NCBI GenBank assembly: GCA_002269645.1
Contig: NIVC01000046.1
Span: forward strand, 140,106 to 204,105
DNA: 64,000 nt
Reading direction: 5' to 3'
Source: Macrostomum lignano
Taxonomy: Eukaryota
Under the pieces are notes generated by a model. The model was not told the origin of the DNA. It saw nothing but the letters and a program-made list of their open reading frames with translations, and made no database searches. The position numbers and the translations under genes were made by a program. Positions 51,601 through 61,600 of this stretch are shown here, piece by piece (within the stretch, counting starts at the first letter, position 1; each line of letters begins with the position of its first letter).

Positions 51601-54600
51601 TGTTACAGTCCAATTGCTGTACAGTAGCAATGACTTAAACTATCTTACAGCTAGGATCAAAGCAATGGACTAGCTCTACGGACAACGAGGATTACATTTT
51701 CAACCGAAAGCAGTCGACATTTGATAGTCAGCAGAGTCAGCAGAATCAGAAGCCAGTGACCGACAATTCGCTTACTTGTACGAACAGTCCACCGCAGTTC
51801 GTTGACTTTCAAAACGCGATGGCCGCGGCTGCAGCAGCCACGAGAAAGTCGGTGCAGTTCAGCCTGCCCAGAATTCCAGCCCGCTCACGAGAGCCAACAG
51901 ACCTCGAAGGTGTTGATGTCAATTCTCAAACGGGTCGTGAATTTGCTGACATGGTCCGGCAACAACGGCTCAGTCGACCTCTGCTTCGCTTCGACTTTGT
52001 TAAAGTGAGTGACAGCGACCAAGAAACTCAAGAGGAAGAGGAGGATGAGGATGAAGAGGTTGAATCATCCGACTCGGACCGAGACGTCAACCAGTTTGAA
52101 GTGAACTCCGTGGTGGCGGTTCCGGCTGTTGAGCTTAACAACCTCACAGAAAAAAATAACAGCTCTAACCTATCGGTGGAGGGTTCCATTAACGATAACT
52201 TCGATTCTCAAATAGTCTCGATTAGCAGCACAGATGAAAGGAAACCGTCCTCTGCGCCGCCTCAGCCGACTCCGCACCCGCCACCAGATCGGCGTTTCGC
52301 TCGCACGCAATCCGGACGCCTCCTGCCCAGGGTCGAGCAGCGGGTTCGCTTTTCTTCCAACAACCCTGCAGCTGCAGCAGGAGCAGCAGCAATAAAAATT
52401 ACAGAGGAGTCCGCAGAGTCTCAAACGGTCGCTAAATCTACAACCGCAATGTCCTCTTCTCCCCGACTTGTGCTTCCACCCCTAGTTGTTGTCCAACCGC
52501 CTGAAGTGACCGACGTCAACTCGACAGAAAGATCCACGGCGCCAACTCAGCTTCACCCGACTGTGCTCCATCAGTATTCAAAGCGTCGATCAAAGCGCTT
52601 GAAGAAACAGCAGCGACTCCTGCCAGTCATTGAGTCACCACTGGATGAGCCGTCAAACTCAATACCGGAACTCGCTTCTCGAAGAATAAAAGAAGACAGC
52701 AGCTTCCAAGATGAGCAACGACCTCACCAGGGGCACGATAGCGTTGGTAGTTCTGTCAACTTTGAAAGGCCTTCAAAGAAGCAGCGTCGCCGTAAGTACC
52801 GACGAGATGTTCCGATGACTTCAACCGAGAAGCTCACTGATAAGTCTCTGGCAGCCATTGATTCCAAAGTTTTCGTGGACGGCGACAAAGCGTCTTGTTC
52901 AGTAAAAACAATGCTCTTCAGCGAAAGTTGCTTTTAATCCGTCAAAAGAAACAGCACGTGTCACGCATTTCCTCTTCTTTTACTTTGGTACAGTAGATTG
53001 GCTAGACTTAATTGCCTCTTGGTGTTGGACACGCACGCGGTACGTGCATTTAAAGAGCTATCGACTTTCAGCTTCGCAAGTCGTCAAAGTGCATGCGAAC
53101 TCAAGAGGATGACGGATCACGTTTTGATCGTTTAGACAGAGATGCATTCAAATTTAAAAAAAGAAATCAAGCAGTTAGTAAATGGCTTAGACACTAAACA
53201 AGCATAATGTAGCTTGTGAGTTTTATAATACATCTCACCTTTCTGATTGATTGTTTTTCAAAACTTTTTTTCAATATCGGTAAAATGTGTTCACTAAAGG
53301 CTAATTTTTGACTCACTAGCGCTCATCTACCTTACTTGGTATTTGCTTAACGTTTGTTTCAGTGTGCACCAATTCTCACCCGGAATGTTGCTAGTTGATA
53401 ATATACTTAGTCATAATCATATATGACCCGGCTTGCACAGCCGCAATAGTGGATCATGTTCGGCAGCAGCTGCTTACTTTCTAAGGAACTTATTTATTGA
53501 ACTTCCTACAGCAAACCGTTTAAACGAAAAATTCATCACTACAGGACTACGAGGGACGCGCCAGCACAAAGAAAGTCGAAGAGGAAGAGGAAGTCGAAAA
53601 AGCACCAGAGCTCAAGGAGATGACGAAGAATCGAGCGTGAGTTTGAAAATTTGGAATTAGTCACTCTTGATTGTCTGCTTAAGGAAATACTATCTAGTAA
53701 GACGCGAGCTAGTGTACTTTTAGTTTGGATAAAACTTGAATCCCAATTTTGTATTGTTGATTATTGTGTGTACAATACTATTCGAAATCGCAAACCTATC
53801 CAGAACCCCGTTTCAGATTTTCTATTCATTGTCAAATTGTCCTAACCAAATTTGTTTCTTCATGTTCGAAGCGAAATTGCATCAACCTTGAAAGATAGCT
53901 ATCTAGCCTAAGATATTGCAAGCATCCACTTTGAGGCTTGGCATTGTAGCAACTCGACTTAAGCCATTGCCTAACCCTAACCCTAAATTTTTTCTATGAT
54001 GCTTGACCTAACAGCTACTGTATCCATTGACCTTTTTCATCTCAGCACACCCCTTGAGTCATGGCATCTCAGCAACTCACCCTATAAGCCTTGGCGTCTC
54101 AGCAACTCTCCCTAAAGCCCTGGCATCTCATCAACTCACCCTATAAGCCTTGGCATCTCAACAACTCACCTTATAAGCCTTGGCATCTCAGCAACTCACC
54201 CTATAAGCCTTGGCATCTCAACAACTCCCTATTGATTATTGGCATCCTTTCGATGTTACTCTTCAATAAGTAATCTCTTCCATTCATGGTAACATGTGAA
54301 TAATTATGGCTTTTTGACGAGGTAGAAATTCGAGTCTATATGAAGCGCAACTTAACCAAAATTCCCAGAGTAATGGCCCTATTCAAGAAGTACGCCTCCG
54401 ACAAAGAGGGCAAGGACAGCGTCAATGCGCTCAGCCTCTACCAGGAGACGCTGGAGTTCCTCGAACTTCCGCCGGGCGTTAGCGACAAGGCAAAGAAGAA
54501 GCGCGACGGCAACGCCCTCTACCTGTACAAGACCTACCTGGAGAAAGGCTGCAAGCGTCGCGTTGAGGTGACCAGTGAGAGGCTGCAGCAGCGTCTCACG

Positions 54601-55486
54601 GTGGACAAGGACAGGCCGAAGACGCCAACCTTAAAGGATCTGTCGAGTCGCCTGCATAGCAAGCTCAACTTGCTGTTTTCCAACTTCTGGCAGGTGAGTG
54701 AGACTCTGGGTGTGCTACACAGACTCGCGCACTTATGATGCACTTAGCATACGCAAAATTAATAAGACAAACAAAAGTACCATTGGTCCGCTCACATTTT
54801 TCGCAACACGTACACTCCGCTACGCAACTATCTGACACATTTCCAGGTTGCTTCTAAGAAAGGCGTAAGTACCTGAAGGAATGACCTCGTAGAACGTTAT
54901 TTTTTACGTAAACTGCAACGCTCGACCGAAATTATTGTTGCTGTCTTGTTTGCTTCTATCGCTTGAAATTTTCCAATTCACTGCGTGCTCTGCCGACTTT
55001 CAAATCATCGATCGTGCCATTTCTGACTTAATTTTCAAACTGAACAATGTGCTTTGCTCGAATCTGATGTCTATTGATGTCGAAAATTCCTATGGCAGCA
55101 GGAACACTTTCCGCTGATAGCGAACCCTCAGCCATGAATTCAAATGTTCAACTTTTCAGTACCAATCCGAGGAAATGGGCATCGACATGTCGGCGCTGAA
55201 GAACATGTCCGAGAAGGAGCTGCGAATGCGAGCGGATCTCGACGTTGGAGCCGGCGGCAGGCGAGGGAAAAAGGTGCGGAAAAGTGACGGTTCAGTTCTG
55301 GCTTGTCTACTGATAGTAGAGTCTAATGCTTTTATTACTGCCACACGTGGTTTTGATTCGTTTATTGCTGAGATAGCTTGAATCATTATAGTTTTCATGG
55401 ATGTAACTAATATAATTTAGGAGCTATACTAATTCAGCAATAACACAACATAACCAGGAATATTTACTTGTAGCTCGTAATATCGC

Positions 55487-55521
<35 letters not shown>

Positions 55522-55534
55522 CAGACGGACACTA

Positions 55535-55591
<57 letters not shown>

Positions 55592-55638
55592 CAGACAGAC
55601 AGACAGACAGACAGACACAGACAGACAGACAGATAGAC

Positions 55639-55683
<45 letters not shown>

Positions 55684-58600
55684 TAGACAGACAGACAAAC
55701 AGACACTAAGACAGACACAAAGATTATAAATTGAAGGCTAATATAAAACTATCCACTAGTTCAAACCTTGCATGTATTTAAGCGTAGTAATTTACATATC
55801 TGCTTGCCGCTTTGCTTGCTACTAATTGCAATAGAATATTAAAGCATTATAACCAAAATTTTGAAAACATTTTTATTTACGCTTTGGCTACGCAATTATC
55901 CAAGTTTTATTTGCCCTGAGATTAGCGATTAGCAGAAAAATCTTAATAATTGATTAGCTTATTAAGTGTAATAAAACTCGTACCTCACCCTAATTGCATC
56001 GCCGCTCTGACCCAGTCTGACTCCCAAGGCGCCAGTCGTGCCTCCCGCCGCAGGGGCCGACGCGACAAAAACTCAAACGATGATGATTTTATTGCGGCCT
56101 TTGATCTCGCCGCCGTTCTGCCCCGCGGAGGCGGGGGAGGCGGTGTCAGGCGTCGGGCTTATGACTTGACCGATTTGTCAAAGTACATTAAGCACCCGAT
56201 ATCCAACTTGCTGCGCGATTTCGTCCAGGTATTTGACCGACAAGTAGCCTTTATTAGTCTTCAGAAATTCTTCACTTTGTTGACCTGTTACAACTTGCAC
56301 AAACAAATGCCAGTATTTCCGAGAAAGATAACAATTAGCAAAAACTGAAATAGCTTGATTTTAATTATTGGTACATGGTGTAAGATCAAATATCAATAGC
56401 ACAAAACTTTCCTTATCGTAATTGCACTGCACTCTCTTCGTCAGTAAATATTTTACGGTCAAAATCTCTTCCGATAACGAGGGCCACCTTGGTAGTTGGT
56501 TGTTTGAAGCAGTATTAGATTAAAAAAACTACATCACCGACGAAAATGTTGCGAAAAAGCAGCTTGCCTGATTAATAGCTGATTGGCTAGCGAGTCCCTC
56601 ATCCCCAACCCTCAACCCCAACCCCTCAACCCCAACCCTCAACCCCAACCCCTCAACCCCAACCCCTCAACCCCAACCCCTCAACCCCAACCCCTCAACC
56701 CCAACCCTCAACCCCAACCCCTCAACCCCAACCCTCAACCCCAACCCCTCAACCCCAACCCCTCAACCCCAACCCTCAACCCCAACCCTCAACCCCAACC
56801 CCTCAACCCCAACCCCTCAACCCAACCCCTCAACCCCAACCCCTCAACCCCAACCCCTCAACCCCAACCCCTCAACCCCAACCCCTCAACCCCAACCTCA
56901 AACCCCTGGCTAGAGAGTCCCTCAACCCCAAACCCTCTTTCCCAGCCCACTAGCCCTGTCCTTCGCTGATTGGCTAGCGAGTCCTTCAACCCCAAACCCC
57001 TCTTTCCCAGCCTACTAGCCCTGTCCTTCACTGATTGTCTAGCGCTTCCCTCACGTCCAAACCCACCTATTGCTTTTAAGAATACTATTGATACTTTTGA
57101 AACCTATATTAAGCTTATGTAGGCTACATATAATATCCCTCGTTACTTTTGGTTCTATGAAATACGAAGACTCGTACAGATTACTACCAAAGTGAGCCCT
57201 CTATATCCAAAAACTTTATTTACTCGTCCTTCCATTCTTCTTTGCACTACTACACACCCAAGCCCACTGAACCCTACAGCACTTTGTCTTGTACAATGCA
57301 CCGTAAAATTTTCGTTCAATCACAAATCCCGATCCCAAGAGCACCGTTCGTATGGGTCGCGGCATTGCCGCCATCAGCGATGCAGCGGCATCGAAAAGGA
57401 AACATCGAAAACGTTTATCGCGAGTTCGTCGGAAAAAAGTAACATAATGAAGACATTAATAAGGTTATACTATATCTACGTTGCACTACTGTTCTCAGTA
57501 GAGTAGTTCGACTCTCCAGACAGTATTTTAGCTTAATGTCGTGTAATTTATTTCATTTTCGGAACTGACTATTAGGCAAATTAAGTTAAGCAGAACTTGC
57601 TTATTTTGTGTCGTACATTCTGAAAGAGTCCAATGCAGATTATGATCACATCTCCAATTGTTCCAATCTTTGTTGCAATCGATATTTCTAATTCAGGAGA
57701 CTAACAACGCCAGCAACAGTAGCAGCAACATGCTGGATGCTTCAAACGCAAGTTCAGTACTTGCCTACTCAAAGGTGTGGCGGCCATGCACCTTTGTCGC
57801 GCAATCAAACCGCGAGTTTGCCATTTTTACCCAAAAAAGTTTCATTCTGTTCTTTTCTTGCGTGCGAGTTTGAACTGCATAATTTAAAATTAGAAAATGA
57901 ATCATCATTCTTGAACTATCGATCTATAAGTAGGTTTTTTCCAAGCACTCAATAATTTCTATTTTCAAATTTTATAAGTCTGCGTTTAGATAGCTCGTTT
58001 CATCAAAAGTTTTATTCACATAGATTCACTGTCGCTTACTCTGAATCACGTCATAGCCTACTGTTAGTAGACATAAAAAATTAATTTTTTCGACACCGAT
58101 TTTGAATTTACAGCAGTTTTTTTATTCTCTATCTGCGTGCAATTTAAAATCACTTTACGGTGCTAAATAGAATACAGAGTAATTCAACCATTTCATTTTC
58201 ATTTTTTTTATCCCAGCGAGACACTACGGCTAAAGGAGTGAAAGCTTCGAAAAAGTACACAAAGGTATAAATTGCATAACAAACGAACTCTGATCCTGGT
58301 TCCTTGTTTTCTCTGAGTGAGAACTTCTCTGTGAGAAAGTACTATTTTATTTATTCACTTATCATTATATACTGTCTCACTAAGCATTTCAATCTATTAT
58401 ACCCTTGTTTGTCTAAAACTGCTTGAGACTTTGCACAAAATATTTTGTTTAAACAAGCAAATCATTCGACGTGAAAGTTGTACTTTCTGTCAATTGTTAA
58501 AAACGAAATGCACTCTGCTGTAGGAAACAACTTTTCCTAGAAGTTTTCTTTCTCTCGAAAACATCGTAAACATTATAACGAACAACTCGTACTCATTTAA

Positions 58601-61600
58601 ACAACGTTGCTAGGCAACCGGAAAAGCCCCGCCAACAAAGGAGGACAAGGTGGAATTTCTGGTCGCTCTGGAGAAAAATCTCAGCGGTCCATTGTCGCTG
58701 CAAATGCTGTACTTTTATCGCTACCTGATGCAGTACGCCGTGCAAGACAAGGTGCCGCACCTGGACAAGAACCTCTTCTTCTACGTAGAAGCGCAAAAGT
58801 ACAAGGTAAGAAAGCTGCTAAGCATTTGTTAATTAGTTAGTTTGCAGGTAGACTCTAGGGTAATCCCTGACGTAATGCTAATTCTGTTGACCACTGGGTA
58901 CTCACATGGAGTACGTACGTACGCAGGCACGCGCTCACACAGGGTGTACAGTCTGTAAAATCAGTTTGAATCAGTTTGAAAATTTACAAACCGCTCTACA
59001 CAGGAGTTTGCCCAGGGTGGCTGTGACGAAGAGTTTCTTAAGCGCAAAATTCACGTCATCAGCAGCATCTTCCTGGAGTCCGTGTTTCCTCCGCCACTGC
59101 AGGTGAGGCATTGTTGAACTTTTGTGGTGATGGAAGGCACTTTCGTTTAAGGTTGACTTATAAGTTTGTCGAGTTAACGTGTCAAATATCGTCGATTCAC
59201 TACGCAGTTTTATCCGCCATGTTTTATCTACCACAAGTAGGGGTTGTAGCCTAGCGGTTAGAGCGTCGGACTCACGACTTGAAGGTCGGGGGTTCGATTC
59301 CCGATCCCACTGGAACAATTTGTGTCCTTGAGCAAGACACTTAACTCTGCATCGCTTCAGTTCACCCAGCTGTAAAATGGGTGCCAGCATATTAGCAGGG
59401 GTAATTGATTTGGGGTAATTGTGGCGACCCCCAGTCCTTGGTAGCTGCTGCTGAGCTGTCGGTTGCACATCTGGCCCAATCAGGGCAGTTGTAATCAATT
59501 ATTATTATTATTTATCCACAACAAAACAACATTAACAACAGCAACAACAAGAACAACAAGAACAAAAACAACAACAATAAACATGTATGCTGTCAAGGGT
59601 TTTTAGAAGTATACCAGTATCAGTAAAGTGAAGTGCACCAGTAAAGTGTAAAGTGTACCAGTATATCAGTACTATAAAACTGTTTTTTACACCTCAATTT
59701 CCCGACATCAATCCAACCAATCGCACGCAATGCAGATCACAGTCAGCAACGATGTTCATCAGCGGACCCTGCGCAATGCGCAGAAATTCTACAGCCCAAA
59801 ATTCAAAGAGGAGATTAGTCCGACAATATTTGACGAGGCTCAATTCGCCGTGTTCAAGGAGATGCTGCCCTACTGGGCCGGATTTATGAAACAGTGGACC
59901 CCTACTGGCAAGGAGTACAGACCTGGTGAGTCATTGGGCGCGTGCATCTGTCTGGAGTCGTTTTACTGTCACTTGTTTTCCGGTCTTTTGGCATCCCTTT
60001 CTGAATATAGGAACCCTAATGGGGGCCCTCACCTGCAGCATTTCGACATTCGACACACGTACAAGATTTCGATGCGTATATTTACATTATGCCGATCGAT
60101 GAATGACGGACCTATGCGAGCTAACCTTTGGGCTCAAACAAAACACTTCTTTTCTGACCAATAAAACCCAATTGTAGGCCCTAACACATTATTAACTACT
60201 GATATCACCTTCTGATACCTGATGATCCCTTTTGGGACCCTTGAAAACCCTCGTACGCACGCTTAACTTCCTCTTTGGTCACTGATTCATATGAAGCAGG
60301 TAGGCATAAAAAACATGCAGATTTTGTCACACTGAGTTTTCCAGATAAATATTCGTGTAAATTAAATTTCAAATTAAAGAAACTAGATAATTTTTTTTGG
60401 AAAAATAAAGAATCAATGCCTCGTTGACCTCAAATCATTTCAGTTCCATTTAAGAGTCTGTGGAGTATCTGCTGTAAGATATTTTCTCCGGCAGTTTATA
60501 TGCAATTAAAGCAGATCAAATAATACATATTATTTTCACCTAAAATTGATCAATTATGCGATTTTTAAATCAAAACAATCTGTTCACGAAATGTTTAACT
60601 GGTCGATACCATACTTGCAATTGCATCAATTTCTTATGATTACGTGTTTAAGCGTAAAAAACTCCGGCTTGAAATTTCTCACATTCTATATTAATTGATT
60701 CACTACAGTGATTGATTTATTGCTTAATAGCATGTAATTCCTCACGAACTTCGTTGACGTTGGCCGATGTTCTCGACGTCTAATTGATGTCGCTAGCAAA
60801 TGGGTATTATACACCGATGAAGACGTCGTTATCCGTAATCTAAAGATAACCAATTTGCCAGCGACATCTTCCATCGATGCCGGGTATATCGGATACGTTG
60901 GCGAACGTCCGAATGTCGCACGGAAAAATGAACCAATAATTACTGGCATCACGACAGTGTAAATGTGCACTTTATTGCACGTTGCAGCTATTTTAATACT
61001 ACACAAACTATTGATACATGTGAATCAATAGCTATAAGAAATTGTAAACGCAAACTTCGATCTCCGATACTTTTCCAGTGTCGCAACAGAAGCGAATGCT
61101 CGAGGAGCGGCTGCAGAAATTTGAGAAATCGGACAAGCCGAATGTGAACTTTAAGCTGCCTGAGCTGCCTGCGCACAGCGGAGGCCCGATCTCTTCTCTA
61201 ACGATGAGCCTCATGGACGGAATCAAGTGGAAGGTGAGTGACACCTTTTGACGATATTTTAAGATAAATTTTATTGCTTACGTAATTATTATGTTATAAT
61301 TAGCCGCTAAAATAAGTGATTTTTTTGGAAACGAGTCAATTCAAACAAATTAAGTCTTTGTTACTTCATTGCGCGTTTAAACTTGTTGAAATCACAAAAT
61401 CAAACTAGTTTTTATTAGGATAAAAAACCATCGTTCGATTTAATCCTTTTTTCAGAGTGCCGAAAAGGTGAAACAGAAATCGATTATTTCGACTGTACTT
61501 TTTTATAACGTGCTTTCGGTGATACATGTAGAGTTTTTGGATAAATTGTGCTTGGTAATTTTGCAGTTTCTGTAGATATTTTTCCATGTGACCGATGAAT

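Noticed and set aside
53970-53986. Interstitial telomere (CCCTAA)3
   Set aside because: Too short to distinguish from chance or a transposon-internal motif.
59240-59312. tRNA gene (CAC anticodon-like loop)
   Set aside because: The D, anticodon and T stems are mispaired or out of register, and it runs into a SINE body with a second copy at 41194.
60220-60255. Hammerhead-like CTGATGA-stem-GAAA (similar partial motifs at 36811 and 45328)
   Set aside because: Extra bases or core mutations are present, and helix I/III cannot form properly.
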